Shown: piece after piece, positions 48,739 to 59,920 of the stretch
Position numbering within the stretch: the first letter of the stretch is position 1
Layout: each line of letters begins with the position of its first letter
Source: an uncultured virus (IMG/VR IMGVR_UViG_3300035501_001058)
Taxonomy: Duplodnaviria > Heunggongvirae > Uroviricota > Caudoviricetes
Direction: 5' to 3' (one strand)
Length of the DNA stretch: 64,000 nt
Virus record (IMG/VR): IMGVR_UViG_3300035501_001058
Translations under genes and position numbers: made by a program
The notes under the pieces: generated by a model
Told to the model about the DNA's origin: nothing
The model's input: the letters and a program-made list of their open reading frames with translations, nothing else
The model's database searches: none

Positions 48739-50352
48739 ATGTTATTAGCAGCAAAGAATGTAAAATCAGCCTTAATAAAAAAAGGGTGGTTTTTAACAAA
48801 AGATAATTCTATTTTAGTGAAAAATAATTGTTTTTTACATTTGAGTATTGATGTTTCCCCAATGATAGAAACAGATAGTTTTTCTTATAATAAAGAAGAT
48901 ATAGAAGCTTTAAAGGATAATAATTATTGCACTAATGAACTTAAACTTAGTCCAGCAATTCGTTTATTACCTTCAAATATCACTCTTAGGAATGAACAAT
49001 TTTATTTAGAGAAGTTTGGCTGGCTATTGCTAAAAGGTAAATATCCTAGTGCTTGTAATGAGATTAAAGAAGATGAGTTAACCTCTGATTTTTATAACTT
49101 TATTGATAATATCGATAATATTGCTCAGAAGGACTCAGTAGCGATAAAGAGCATAAAGCAGCATTTAGTTACTAGAAAAAAGCCTAAAACAGTTTTTCAG
49201 GCAATAGCTACTAATAAAGCTATAGCAGAGGAAAGCTTAATAGAAGTGCAAAAAGACTCAATCAGATGTGATATTTTTAAAGCTAGTGCTATTTTTAAGG
49301 TAGTGCTAATAGCAGATAGTGGAGTGATAGTAACTGCTGTTAATAAAAAAGGTGCACTTACTAATAAGAATTTTCAAATTGATCCAGATGTATTCCTTAA
49401 TGAAGCTTTAGAGAAGAATATAATCGCTGTAGAATATCTCCCTAGTACTGTTGAAGAGGAATATCAGGACTGGGAAGTGTTTTCAAGTAAAGACTTTGAC
49501 ACTAAACTGCCAGATAAAGTTTCGTCTCTGATATCAAATAAAACGCAAGAGGTTTACATTAGAGAATTATTTAACTCTTGTTACAATTATTCTGCTTTAC
49601 TTAATGATAATATTGCTGAAGATGCAATACCTCTAGTAGCTGATTTATTAAAAGAGAATTACGTAACACCAGAGATATTTTATGGACGTATAAGAGAAAG
49701 TAATATACGTTTAATTAAAGAACATTTTCATCTAGGCCTAGACCCAAAAAGGTTCTTTGATGATTCTTTAGATAGTTATACTCTTGAAACAGAATTACAA
49801 TATAATTTGCAAAAATGTGAAAATTATAAAAATAGCTTATCTAGCAACATTAGCGATAATGTTAAAGATATTGCATATAAATATTTGTTTAAATATGGAG
49901 AGGAGCTTTCAGATACTCTAGATGATACAACGAGATGGCAATTTTTAATTCCATGGTTTTATAAAGAAAATTTTAGTAAAGAGCAAATAATGACGTTTGT
50001 CAGCTTAATAAAAGCATACGGAACTTTACATGATGATGGTGCTTCTATAAAGATAGGTTATTTTGATGCCTTAAGTAAAGGTTCAATAATTAATTATTAT
50101 AAGGTGCCAAATTATTTAGAATATAATGGAAAATCATGGAATGATTTTTTGCTAGAGTTATTAAGTAATGATGTAAAAATTAATTTCACTATAAATAATC
50201 TGGAAGTAATAGGTGCTTCTTATAGATTACGTAGAGATTATAATAGTGTTGCTATATATTACTATGGTAACCAACCTGTATGGAGATGTGTTTTTATAAA
50301 TGAAGAGAATTTTATTAGTAGTGACACTAGTCATGATGTTATGTTTTATTAG
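48739..50352 (+). CDS. Large hypothetical protein
   Basis: 537-aa ORF; no motif recognised. Confidence 0.7.
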   Translation: MLLAAKNVKSALIKKGWFLTKDNSILVKNNCFLHLSIDVSPMIETDSFSYNKEDIEALKDNNYCTNELKLSPAIRLLPSNITLRNEQFYLEKFGWLLLKGKYPSACNEIKEDELTSDFYNFIDNIDNIAQKDSVAIKSIKQHLVTRKKPKTVFQAIATNKAIAEESLIEVQKDSIRCDIFKASAIFKVVLIADSGVIVTAVNKKGALTNKNFQIDPDVFLNEALEKNIIAVEYLPSTVEEEYQDWEVFSSKDFDTKLPDKVSSLISNKTQEVYIRELFNSCYNYSALLNDNIAEDAIPLVADLLKENYVTPEIFYGRIRESNIRLIKEHFHLGLDPKRFFDDSLDSYTLETELQYNLQKCENYKNSLSSNISDNVKDIAYKYLFKYGEELSDTLDDTTRWQFLIPWFYKENFSKEQIMTFVSLIKAYGTLHDDGASIKIGYFDALSKGSIINYYKVPNYLEYNGKSWNDFLLELLSNDVKINFTINNLEVIGASYRLRRDYNSVAIYYYGNQPVWRCVFINEENFISSDTSHDVMFY

Positions 50353-50980
50353 CTCATGCGATGATAATATTTATGATGACTTACCTACTGGTATTGTTTA
50401 TACTGATAATGAAGATAGTGACCCAGGAGATGAATTAGAGAGCTTATCTGATTATGTGGGTGGATATACATCTGTTGATTCTGAGGTTTTAGAATTTGAT
50501 AAAATATCTGGTGTGGGAGACACAACAATACAGCTGGTTAATATTGAGAGAAGATATACAAAATGCGTAATTATTCTTTATGCCAATGTTAGTGGATTGT
50601 TGCATAATTTCACTATTAATTTAGAATATTACGATTCTGAAAATAATAGTTTAGGAATCCTTAATTCTGAACCAGTGGATTTAATTGGTTGCATGTATAA
50701 TACCATTATCATTGATTTACCTGATAATGCACAGTCCTTTAGTTTCGCAGGATACAATGCTGATAGTGTGATGGAGATTATACAATTAATTTTATATGAT
50801 TTTGATGATAATCTACAAAGGGAATCTCAAACAACATTTGTATCTAATTATGAGAATGCTAATATTGTTTTTCTCGCTGATAATAGAGTGGTTGCTATTG
50901 AAATGGGGGCAGAAAAGGGACTGATAGTTGAAGGAATGACTGGTATTAATAGATATGGTGTCTTGGAGGTGAAAAATTAA
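50300..50980 (+). CDS. Putative lipoprotein
   Basis: MKR + hydrophobic core + ISS-C lipobox. Confidence 0.65.
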   Translation: MKRILLVVTLVMMLCFISSCDDNIYDDLPTGIVYTDNEDSDPGDELESLSDYVGGYTSVDSEVLEFDKISGVGDTTIQLVNIERRYTKCVIILYANVSGLLHNFTINLEYYDSENNSLGILNSEPVDLIGCMYNTIIIDLPDNAQSFSFAGYNADSVMEIIQLILYDFDDNLQRESQTTFVSNYENANIVFLADNRVVAIEMGAEKGLIVEGMTGINRYGVLEVKN

Positions 50981-53079
50981 TGGACGCAAGTTCTTTTTAC
51001 AATGCATGGAATAATGCTGTGGCTAATACTAATAAGGCTGATACACATGAAAGAATGGTTGTATTTGATGATTTAGATATTGATGATTTTCTAGATGATA
51101 GCACAGATAGTTTACCCAAAGATGATACTACATTAAGTGATAATGTGGCCCAAACTCCTGTAAATATTGATACTGCTAAAAGTAATGATTATGCTATAAC
51201 AAATTTCATCAAAACAAGTAAGTCAGTTTCTACAGAGAAAATAGCAAAGTTCCCATTGTTTGATGCTATACAGCAACTAAGCGATGAATTTGATTATGAA
51301 TTTAAGAATGATAATGTTTCTTCCCTATTAAAAGGGATAACTGGTCAAGAATATTCTAATGATAAGGCAATAAAAGAATGGTTGTTTATGTTTTATGGTA
51401 TAAAAGATAACGCTGATTTGAATGACAGTATTTTGCAATTCAGTAAAGACGAGTTAGATTCAATTTGTTCAGTAAATAGAAATATGCAACTCAGTGAATT
51501 GTGCATGATTGCTGATTATAAAAATGATGATAACTTTGATGCGTCTATAATAAAAAAATACTCATTGGAAGCTCGTGATACAAGCTTACTACTAGAACTT
51601 ATGCGTAATTCATTATTAGATGAAGAGGAGCTCATAAATTATGTATTGGATACGGATGTATTTAATTCATATTTGACATTAAAAGTTACAAATAAGTTCA
51701 ATAAAGAAGATTTTGATATAATTAATGCTCAGTCAATTAATGTAGATAGTTACACTAAATGTTTATTATCTTCGAATCCTTGGGCAGAGTTAGGAATTCG
51801 TTCAGATTTTAATGAGATATATAAAATGGTCACAGAGAATGATATACCTTATGAGCTGGGTATTACATACAAAGATAATAAATGGTTATTGCAAATACTT
51901 ACAGCTTATGTAAAACATTTTTATAGTGATAAGTTCATAGAGAGATACTTAAATGATTCTAATAAGTTTGCTGAGAAAATGGCAAATGATTATGCTAACT
52001 TAAACATAGACTTAGAAACACTTAATGCTTATGATGGAAACTATTTTTTGGCAAAGGCAGTCGTTGATGTAAAATCTTTTTCAGATAAAAAATTAGCATT
52101 AACCGAAGATTTAGCAATATTTCTAGAAATAATAGTGACAGCTATATGGGAAAATAATATAGCGGAAATCAATTATAAGGAATTCCTTTTTTGTGTAAGT
52201 GAAGGTTCATACCATTTATGTAAGGAATACAACAGATTATTTAAGAAGAAGGGTGCTGTTACATTTAATCAATTTTGGATTTATAGGATACTTGAAGAAT
52301 TTGGAATAGATACAACACTTCCAGATGATGTTGGCAGTGTAATTGCATACCAGATTAGTAATGGATTATCTTACTGTAATGTACAGATGATACATGAGGT
52401 TTTAGATAAGTTTGTTAATGCTATAAAGAGTAAAAATTATAATCTTACTGTTAAGTTACTACCTGGACACTCAGGTATTCTTATTTGTGATTCATTATAT
52501 AGTGAGATATCGAGAGAGCGTGCAAGAATACAGAATTTTTGTAATGCATCATGTTCTATTGAAAGTGCCATTAAGTTGAATGCGAAAAGTAATATTGCCA
52601 GATACAATGTAATAAGAGTTATTAATTTAGCTCAATCACAGTCACCTGGTGCTATTTCAGAAAGCTTTAAGCAGTTATTAATTTTGAGATCAGAGAGCTA
52701 TTTATTATTTGATACAGTACTAAGTATTATTGCTGACACATTTAATGAATTTGCTGGGCTGTGCATGTGTTCGGAAGCAACGCAATGTTTAAAGATATTT
52801 AATAACGCGCTATTACAAAAAAATAGATTTTGCATACAAGCTGAGTTCTTAAAGACTTATTTGACACTTAAGTTTGGGAATCGTATTAAATTTGATAGAT
52901 ATGACCCAGATTCCGTAGACAGTATTAGTATTATAGAAATAAGCAATTCTTACATTTATGGATCTGTTTCAATTTTTAATGTATTGGCATCTCTTGATAA
53001 TTTCACTACAGAATTAAATAAGCATAGTAGGATTATTTGTAGATTTAATGAAAATACTGTTAGATTTGAAGGAGTTTAA
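50980..53079 (+). CDS. Large hypothetical protein
   Basis: 699-aa ORF; acidic N-terminus. Confidence 0.7.
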   Translation: MDASSFYNAWNNAVANTNKADTHERMVVFDDLDIDDFLDDSTDSLPKDDTTLSDNVAQTPVNIDTAKSNDYAITNFIKTSKSVSTEKIAKFPLFDAIQQLSDEFDYEFKNDNVSSLLKGITGQEYSNDKAIKEWLFMFYGIKDNADLNDSILQFSKDELDSICSVNRNMQLSELCMIADYKNDDNFDASIIKKYSLEARDTSLLLELMRNSLLDEEELINYVLDTDVFNSYLTLKVTNKFNKEDFDIINAQSINVDSYTKCLLSSNPWAELGIRSDFNEIYKMVTENDIPYELGITYKDNKWLLQILTAYVKHFYSDKFIERYLNDSNKFAEKMANDYANLNIDLETLNAYDGNYFLAKAVVDVKSFSDKKLALTEDLAIFLEIIVTAIWENNIAEINYKEFLFCVSEGSYHLCKEYNRLFKKKGAVTFNQFWIYRILEEFGIDTTLPDDVGSVIAYQISNGLSYCNVQMIHEVLDKFVNAIKSKNYNLTVKLLPGHSGILICDSLYSEISRERARIQNFCNASCSIESAIKLNAKSNIARYNVIRVINLAQSQSPGAISESFKQLLILRSESYLLFDTVLSIIADTFNEFAGLCMCSEATQCLKIFNNALLQKNRFCIQAEFLKTYLTLKFGNRIKFDRYDPDSVDSISIIEISNSYIYGSVSIFNVLASLDNFTTELNKHSRIICRFNENTVRFEGV

Positions 53080-53523
53080 ATGGAAGAATTACATGTATTT
53101 GATGATTTATACAGTGCTGAGGAACAGCAGGAAATTAAAATAGATGAATCTCTTGCATCTACTTTCTCAGATATAAAGCAAAAATTGATAGAAGGAAAAT
53201 ATAGCTACGCAAAAGATTATTTAAAAAATGCAACCTCTGTAGAAGAAATTGTCATTACAGCTGCAGCATACAGAATTGGGGAAGAATATGCTGCAGCACT
53301 ACAAGACGATTTAGACATTGAGGAAAAGAAAGTTGCGTTATTTGGTTTTAAAAATGAATTAAACGTCATTGAGCAAATAAAAGGTGGCGAAGCATTACCT
53401 GATTTAGTTACTTTAATAGAAGCTTCAAAAATTCCAGGATTTGAGTTGATGAGTTTTTTCGATGAAACGGGTTCTTATATCAATTATCCAAAGATTAGAA
53501 AATTCATACAAGAAAATTCATAA
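53080..53523 (+). CDS. Hypothetical protein
   Basis: AAGGAG RBS; starts MEELHVFDD. Confidence 0.7.
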   Translation: MEELHVFDDLYSAEEQQEIKIDESLASTFSDIKQKLIEGKYSYAKDYLKNATSVEEIVITAAAYRIGEEYAAALQDDLDIEEKKVALFGFKNELNVIEQIKGGEALPDLVTLIEASKIPGFELMSFFDETGSYINYPKIRKFIQENS

Positions 53524-53585
53524 TAAAGAGGAAATTAAAAATAAAAATGTACATAAATGTCTTAAAACACAGGAGGTTTATGTAC

Positions 53586-54227
53586 ATGACAAATGAGGAA
53601 ATTCAATTAATTAAAGAAATTAAACAGGGTAACTTAGAAGCAAGCTATGATTTATTAACAGTAAATCATAGCTTTTTGGTTAATTTGTATCGAAAATTGC
53701 ATGTATACGGATACTATTATGAAGAATTTGAAATGATTTGTTATGAGGCTTTAATTAAAGCAGCAAATCATGCTGACCTGACAAAAGGTTATTGTTTTAA
53801 TGCTTACTGGAAAAAATATATTTTACATGAATATCTTTTAGAGAAGATACAGCTACAATATGCATTTTCCTTAACTACTGCAGAATACAGTACAGCAAAA
53901 AGAGATAATGTTGATTTAATTAATAACTATTACAGAAGATCTACCAGTAAACAGGAAGGTCTTATTATTAATGATGTATATGAGTGTGTATTTCAGGCAG
54001 AGTTGCGTAAATTGGTATGGATAGAAGTAAGTAAAACGGTCACTAATGAAAATGCTTATATTTTATGGGAGCTATTTAGTAAAAATAGAACTTTAACCTC
54101 ATTAGCACAAGAGTTACATATTGGCACTGATAGGGTTAGAATGCGTAAGATTAGGAGTTTAAAAAAGTTAAAAGAGAATAAAAAATTAAGAGAGTTAGCA
54201 TATGACTATTATGGAATATTATGCTGA
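53586..54227 (+). CDS. Sigma-70 family alternative RNA polymerase sigma factor
   Basis: MTNEE..LIKEIKQGNLEA, region-2-like ALIKAA...F.AY..KYI, region-4 HTH TLTSLAQELHIGTDRVRMRKIRSLKKL. Confidence 0.8.
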   Translation: MTNEEIQLIKEIKQGNLEASYDLLTVNHSFLVNLYRKLHVYGYYYEEFEMICYEALIKAANHADLTKGYCFNAYWKKYILHEYLLEKIQLQYAFSLTTAEYSTAKRDNVDLINNYYRRSTSKQEGLIINDVYECVFQAELRKLVWIEVSKTVTNENAYILWELFSKNRTLTSLAQELHIGTDRVRMRKIRSLKKLKENKKLRELAYDYYGILC

Positions 54228-54245
54228 CTAAAGGAGGTATAAGAT

Positions 54246-54716
54246 TTGATAGCAAATGACGTAATGCAATATTTTTTGGAACAATGTTCTTCAATATCTA
54301 GAAATTATTATAGAGATTTGGGGAAAATCAATTCATCAACGGATGAAGATATTGACAGAATATTGCAACTGCAAAGTTATTATGGCACACAGCTTGAAGC
54401 TGTGGCTAATATAATCTTAGAGGAAAACATGACAGAAGAATACTTGAAGAAAGGTAATATTATTGAGATGTCTAATGGTAATGTAGAATACATAGATGAA
54501 AGTATGAAGACCTATGTAATGAATAATACGGAAATCTTAAAACGAAAAGGTTTAATAGATGTGTGCGATATCAATACTGAGTGCTTAGTTTGTGGACGCA
54601 GAATACTTGGTATCGGTTTACAAGATGACTCTGATGCAGGATATGCTATTTGCTTCTCTTGTATAACAGAGGAAAATTATGTTGGTGGTGGTTGTAATTT
54701 TAAAGTATTTAAGTAA
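54246..54716 (+). CDS. Hypothetical protein with C-terminal CxxC..CxxC
   Basis: AGGAGG RBS; CLVCG and CFSC. Confidence 0.65.
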   Translation: MIANDVMQYFLEQCSSISRNYYRDLGKINSSTDEDIDRILQLQSYYGTQLEAVANIILEENMTEEYLKKGNIIEMSNGNVEYIDESMKTYVMNNTEILKRKGLIDVCDINTECLVCGRRILGIGLQDDSDAGYAICFSCITEENYVGGGCNFKVFK

Positions 54717-54915
54717 ATTTATAATAATTATAGGTATAACTGCGTGCTTAACCGGATGCAGAGAAATTAATTATTTTGAAGATACAACAGAGACTACCAC
54801 TGTTGTAGATGATGAAGTAACTAGTGAGGAGAAATCAACTGTTCATGTCGATATTTTTCCTCAAAGTGTTTATGACTATGATGTAAAGGATACTATTTTG
54901 GTTCCTAAAGAGTAA
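54679..54915 (+). CDS. Small putative lipoprotein
   Basis: Hydrophobic stretch + LTG-C lipobox; start uncertain. Confidence 0.55.
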   Translation: MLVVVVILKYLSKFIIIIGITACLTGCREINYFEDTTETTTVVDDEVTSEEKSTVHVDIFPQSVYDYDVKDTILVPKE

Positions 54916-54927
54916 AGGAGTGAGTAA

Positions 54928-56922
54928 ATGGGTGAATTAAAAGAGATGAATCTTTTCTCTTCTAATGCAGACGCTAAACCATCTTTTGATGAAGCATATG
55001 AACAATTTTGTCGAGAGCTGGGGTTGGATTACAGATATAATAAATTAAGATGTAAGGCTTTTGATAAATACCTACTAGAATTATTTAGCCAAGGAAATTT
55101 ATTACATAATCCGGATTTAGATAAATTGGTTAAGGAATCATTTTCTTCATATCAAGAAGAATTTGATGTTAAGTATAGCAACTGCTGGGCAATTGCTAAA
55201 TGTTTAGAAGCTGGTGCAGATTTGCATAAAATTATGACTAGTGGTAGCTTGCGTGCAGAAGCAGTTATAGAGGCAATTAGTCTTGATAGTACAGTTGATA
55301 TCAATTTAGCAATTGATATACAGAAAGTTCTCAACATAAATAATGAATTTGAGAAAATCGTGAAAATGATAACAGGAAATAGTTATCGAAAGAAAAATTC
55401 ATATGGATACACATTACTAACAGTGTACAATCTTATAAAAAGTTATCCAGAGGTGCAAGCTCATTTAGACTCGTGGAGTGATAATTATTGTCTTGTGATT
55501 ATAGGAAATTATTTACAAGAAGGTATAGCATACTACGAAGCAATTCAACGTGTTGATAGATACAAAGGTAAAAAATATTCTTGGCAACTAGCTAAATTAA
55601 TGGATATAAAATTCCCAAATGATAATGTATTACCTAAAAACACAGATTTATTTGAGATAGTAGCGCAAAATGAAATAAAATACTGTAATAGTTTACAGGA
55701 ATTAGAGGCTAGATTTACTAGCTTACAAGAATTGTTACATAAAGATAATGCTACAATTACAGCCAAAGATATTAGTGATGTTGCTTCTGTATACGAGACA
55801 GGTTTTTCCATTGGTAAATTAATGGAGATGTATCCTGAGATAAGAGAATCTATTGCTATACAAAAGTTTATTTCATTGTGCAAATTAGCACGTTCAATTA
55901 TTGACAGAAATTCTATAAGTAGTTCTATGCATAGAAGAGACACTACAGGACTGTATAGTGAATATGTTTTTGGTGGAGAAATAGTAAAGGTATATAAACC
56001 GGAACTGCTTTTCGATCTATTCAGGCATGTTATTGATAACCTTTCTACTGAAGCTATAGGAAATTTTAGTAAAGTAGATTATGTTTCTTATTATGTAGAA
56101 AATTGGATAAATGGTATTTCTGGAACAGTGATGTGCTTACAAGATAAAAGTGAAGTAAAAGCTATACTATCTAGAAATTTTTCAGAAGTACAAATAGCAT
56201 ACAATGGAAGAATTATGAATCATTTTCCAGCAGATTTCTTTATTGAATACGGTGAAGAAGTTATCTTTTGGGTAAAGAAGAATAGACCTAAGTATTTCAT
56301 AATTAAGCATGAATTTGTAACACAAAAATCTGATATTGATAAAACTGCTGATAATCTAGTCATAGATTTTAGCGATAATAATGATTTAGGATACGTGTTA
56401 CATGAATGCTGTTTAGGTTTATCTGTAGACTTTGCTACTAAAAAGAGAACTGTTCTTGAAAGTGGATATAGATTGGGTACTCCGTACTATAAAATATTGT
56501 TAAAGAACTATTTTAAGGAGCATGGACAAGATTACAATGAGATAGAAACTTTTGATGTTCAGACTGTTGTTGGTATGATACAAGCTTTAATTTTACAAAA
56601 GTCTAGTGAATACGAAGAGCTATTTAAGAAACATGATGTTTTTGTTGCAGTGATGCGTGGTCTTAAATGGTGTATTAGAAATGATGATAATTTATACAGT
56701 GCAGTAGTGCGATATGCTCTATTAGCTGCAGGTATCAATAGTAGATACACACGATGTAGGATTAGCCCTACTTTAAGCAGTACATTAGTTATTGATGATA
56801 AACAATATCCTATTTTGCAGTGTTTGACTAACAATAATAAGATAATTGAGTTTTTAAAAACAAACAGAGATTTTCTACAAATAGAATTGATAGGGGATCA
56901 AATACATGTTAAGGGTGCATAG
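54928..56922 (+). CDS. Large hypothetical protein
   Basis: 664-aa ORF; AAGGAG RBS; starts MGELKEMNLF. Confidence 0.7.
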   Translation: MGELKEMNLFSSNADAKPSFDEAYEQFCRELGLDYRYNKLRCKAFDKYLLELFSQGNLLHNPDLDKLVKESFSSYQEEFDVKYSNCWAIAKCLEAGADLHKIMTSGSLRAEAVIEAISLDSTVDINLAIDIQKVLNINNEFEKIVKMITGNSYRKKNSYGYTLLTVYNLIKSYPEVQAHLDSWSDNYCLVIIGNYLQEGIAYYEAIQRVDRYKGKKYSWQLAKLMDIKFPNDNVLPKNTDLFEIVAQNEIKYCNSLQELEARFTSLQELLHKDNATITAKDISDVASVYETGFSIGKLMEMYPEIRESIAIQKFISLCKLARSIIDRNSISSSMHRRDTTGLYSEYVFGGEIVKVYKPELLFDLFRHVIDNLSTEAIGNFSKVDYVSYYVENWINGISGTVMCLQDKSEVKAILSRNFSEVQIAYNGRIMNHFPADFFIEYGEEVIFWVKKNRPKYFIIKHEFVTQKSDIDKTADNLVIDFSDNNDLGYVLHECCLGLSVDFATKKRTVLESGYRLGTPYYKILLKNYFKEHGQDYNEIETFDVQTVVGMIQALILQKSSEYEELFKKHDVFVAVMRGLKWCIRNDDNLYSAVVRYALLAAGINSRYTRCRISPTLSSTLVIDDKQYPILQCLTNNNKIIEFLKTNRDFLQIELIGDQIHVKGA

Positions 56923-58114
56923 ATTTGCTCTCGCTATAGCTCTGTGCAGTTTATTAACTGGCTGTACTAAGCAAACTGAGCCGGTAGATGTTGCAACAAA
57001 TACAACAGAAGTTGTTGCAACATCAGGTGATGCAACAACCGAGCAAGGTGTTCATTATGATATTTTTGAAAATAATCCTGTTGTGTTTGATTCTAATGTA
57101 CAAATTCCTATTATGAAAGATTCCCAGATATCAGGTTGGTTAAACATAAATTATGTAGAAAAACTTGGTATTTGGGATATCAATAATAAATCTGCAACAG
57201 ATAATGGTGTAAAATTCAGTTATGCTATAAATTACTCTATTGATTTAACAGAATATCTGGAAGCAAATGAATTAATAGAAGTTAAAGTGACTCCTAAATT
57301 ATACGATAATGCAAATAATTTAGTTGGCTCTGTCGGATACGTAGGTTGGTCTGGCTTCACTGATACAGTTAGTTTATACAAGAGTAAAGCCTCTGGTTAT
57401 GCTGAAGTAGTTTTACAACCATACGATAAAGACATAAATAATTATAAATCATTAGTATTAGAAATAGCTGATCTAAATGGTGAAGTACAATTTGATGATG
57501 TATACATAGATGTAGGTTGTCTGTTAAATGCAAAAGATGGTCCAAGCATAATGACATTAGACGATACAGCAACTATAGAAAGTATTAATGGTGCTATTTA
57601 TACTATTAGTTTTCGTGATGTTTATTATGAACTAAATGATGTAAGCAACACTAAATTAGGTGATGATAAAATGGATTATTTTTATGACTTTACTTGTATA
57701 GTATCATATAAGCAACAGCCAACTAATGATATAGAGGTTACTACTTTTGACTCTTTTAATAATTTTGCAATGATAAAAATGCCATTAATTGAAGTCTTTA
57801 GTGATACAGATAGCACTAAGCTTTATAATGTGGTTGAAGGTGTAAAGCGCTATGTATACAGTGATAGCAACGATTTAGAAGAATACTTAACTGAGTTTCC
57901 TAGTGCTCTTGATGTAGGATACAGGGCCATAGTTAGTCAAAATAGAATTGTTCCAGAAACGACTGTTGAAGAGCCTACTTATATAAGGATAGTTCTACAA
58001 TTTCCCGAAGAAATAAAATCAAGAAGCTACTCAGAAATATCAGAATTTTCTGGTCGATATCTCGTTTGGCAATTGCCTTTATCTACACGAAGTCTGGAGG
58101 CGAAACCAAAATGA
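56906..58114 (+). CDS. Putative lipoprotein, beta-rich
   Basis: LTG-C lipobox; Thr-rich linker. Confidence 0.75.
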   Translation: MLRVHRFALAIALCSLLTGCTKQTEPVDVATNTTEVVATSGDATTEQGVHYDIFENNPVVFDSNVQIPIMKDSQISGWLNINYVEKLGIWDINNKSATDNGVKFSYAINYSIDLTEYLEANELIEVKVTPKLYDNANNLVGSVGYVGWSGFTDTVSLYKSKASGYAEVVLQPYDKDINNYKSLVLEIADLNGEVQFDDVYIDVGCLLNAKDGPSIMTLDDTATIESINGAIYTISFRDVYYELNDVSNTKLGDDKMDYFYDFTCIVSYKQQPTNDIEVTTFDSFNNFAMIKMPLIEVFSDTDSTKLYNVVEGVKRYVYSDSNDLEEYLTEFPSALDVGYRAIVSQNRIVPETTVEEPTYIRIVLQFPEEIKSRSYSEISEFSGRYLVWQLPLSTRSLEAKPK

Positions 58115-59112
58115 AAAAGATAATATTGATAGCTATACTGATACTGTGTACTGCATGTAGCTCTAATAACTTTAGTTATGATAATTCATTGAAAGCACTT
58201 GTTGAAGAATATAACAAAGACGGCACCGTAGCAACCGACGAATTAGAAACTTTGATGCTAGATAAATCTAGCAGTTATAAAAAATTAATAAGGTCATTAA
58301 AGCAAAGTGCACAGATAGTTGATTATGCATCAGATGGTACTTCTATCAAATGTCAAGTAAGTTTTATTGGATATGAAAATGCCTGTAATTTGATGGCAAG
58401 TGATAAGTCTGGATTTGTGCACGATATTAGAAATTTAAAAAGTCTTGATATGTCAATGGAAGACTTACAAGAATATGCTTATGATTATTTATACCTACTT
58501 ATTGATAAATGTAACACTGCTACATATGAAGTTACATTAAGCCTGACTCAGTGTACTAATGCTCCATTCGAGTTTAGTTCTAATAAGCCAATTATTGAAA
58601 TTATTGAGACAGAAGTAGATAAAATAGTATACGATAGTATACAAATGGCATTAGAGGTTTCTGATGATGAAGAGACTTCTAATAATAAAATTGAATATCG
58701 AAAGATGGAAGTTGGTAAATCTTACTTGCTTAATTATGCAGTAGATGATAAAACCACTGTACCAGTTATACTTACTATTAAGTCTTTACAGACTGGTGAA
58801 GATGCAGTAAATGCAATAAATGATTTAAGTATAACTAATAGTTCTCTGATTAGTAGTAATGTCTGCTATCTTGAATATGAAGTCTATAATTGTAGCAATC
58901 AAGATATTATTTTTAGCGATAAATTTTATGATGCAGATATTTCACTATGTAATTTATTTATAGACGATACAAAATATGTTGGATTAAATAAGACTTGTAA
59001 TATTAATGCTGGCTCAACCACTATGATAAATAGTATATCCAAGATGAATCACGATGGTTTAGTATGGTATGATAGTCAAGCTTCTGAGTTGTACCTTCTA
59101 AACTATAAATAA
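58111..59112 (+). CDS. Putative lipoprotein
   Basis: GGAGG RBS; MKKIILIAILILCTA-C. Confidence 0.75.
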   Translation: MKKIILIAILILCTACSSNNFSYDNSLKALVEEYNKDGTVATDELETLMLDKSSSYKKLIRSLKQSAQIVDYASDGTSIKCQVSFIGYENACNLMASDKSGFVHDIRNLKSLDMSMEDLQEYAYDYLYLLIDKCNTATYEVTLSLTQCTNAPFEFSSNKPIIEIIETEVDKIVYDSIQMALEVSDDEETSNNKIEYRKMEVGKSYLLNYAVDDKTTVPVILTIKSLQTGEDAVNAINDLSITNSSLISSNVCYLEYEVYNCSNQDIIFSDKFYDADISLCNLFIDDTKYVGLNKTCNINAGSTTMINSISKMNHDGLVWYDSQASELYLLNYK

Positions 59113-59128
59113 ATTCTAGGAGGTACTT

Positions 59129-59920
59129 ATGAGTACAATATTAATTTTTATAGATGCAGAGAATATGTCAAAATCGCAGGCATTGAAAGCATATGAGGAA
59201 GCTAAGAGAATGTCTTCACCAGAAGATATTATACTTGGTAAATTTTATGGTGTTAAAGAGAATCTTGGTGACCTTGTACAATTTTATTTATCTTTGGGTT
59301 TTGAATTTGTTGACACTAGTATTTATGCAGAACAGAAAAAGAATTTAACGGATATGAAGATAATCACAGATACAGTTTTTGATATAGTCAACGTATTTCC
59401 AAATGAGTTAAAAGCTGTTTTTATCTTGAGTAATGATTGCGACTTTAATCCGTTAATTTGCAAATTGAAAGCATACAACACACAGGTAATTGGTGCTTCT
59501 TCTTTTTTATTTGGGTCTATAGACTCAGTAGATGCATTAGCAAGTTATTTAAAGATTCAAAGATTTACACCTGCATCAGTACATACTATTAATAATGTAC
59601 TATATGATAGTATAGTTGATTTAACAAGAGATATGTTATTAGATGATACGTTAATTATTAAATTTTTGCGTACAAGAATAAATAAGTTAGCAAGTGCAAC
59701 TTTAGCTAAATACAGATATGCTATGAGAGAATTGTCTGATGATGAAATTAGACAATTCTCTTTTGCTTCATACAACAACTTACTAGAACAAGCAGGATAC
59801 TGTAACGTGGAAGAAAATTTAAAGTTATTTACTAACAAGATGTTTGGTTCAACTTTAGATAAAAACGGAGTTGCACAAGTAGTAATGAAGATTAGAGGTG
59901 ATAATAATGCAATTAACTGA
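59129..59920 (+). CDS. NYN (LabA/PIN-like) domain nuclease
   Basis: IFIDAEN, KNLTDMKIITD and LSNDCDFNPL motifs. Confidence 0.85.
   Translation: MSTILIFIDAENMSKSQALKAYEEAKRMSSPEDIILGKFYGVKENLGDLVQFYLSLGFEFVDTSIYAEQKKNLTDMKIITDTVFDIVNVFPNELKAVFILSNDCDFNPLICKLKAYNTQVIGASSFLFGSIDSVDALASYLKIQRFTPASVHTINNVLYDSIVDLTRDMLLDDTLIIKFLRTRINKLASATLAKYRYAMRELSDDEIRQFSFASYNNLLEQAGYCNVEENLKLFTNKMFGSTLDKNGVAQVVMKIRGDNNAIN

Noticed and set aside
27662..54716. Near-miss tags (QLDAC at 27679, HMQQL at 40608, CIGLF at 48697, NFKVFK at 54716)
   Set aside because: They deviate from [ML]xxF and were left out of the count to avoid inflating the pattern.
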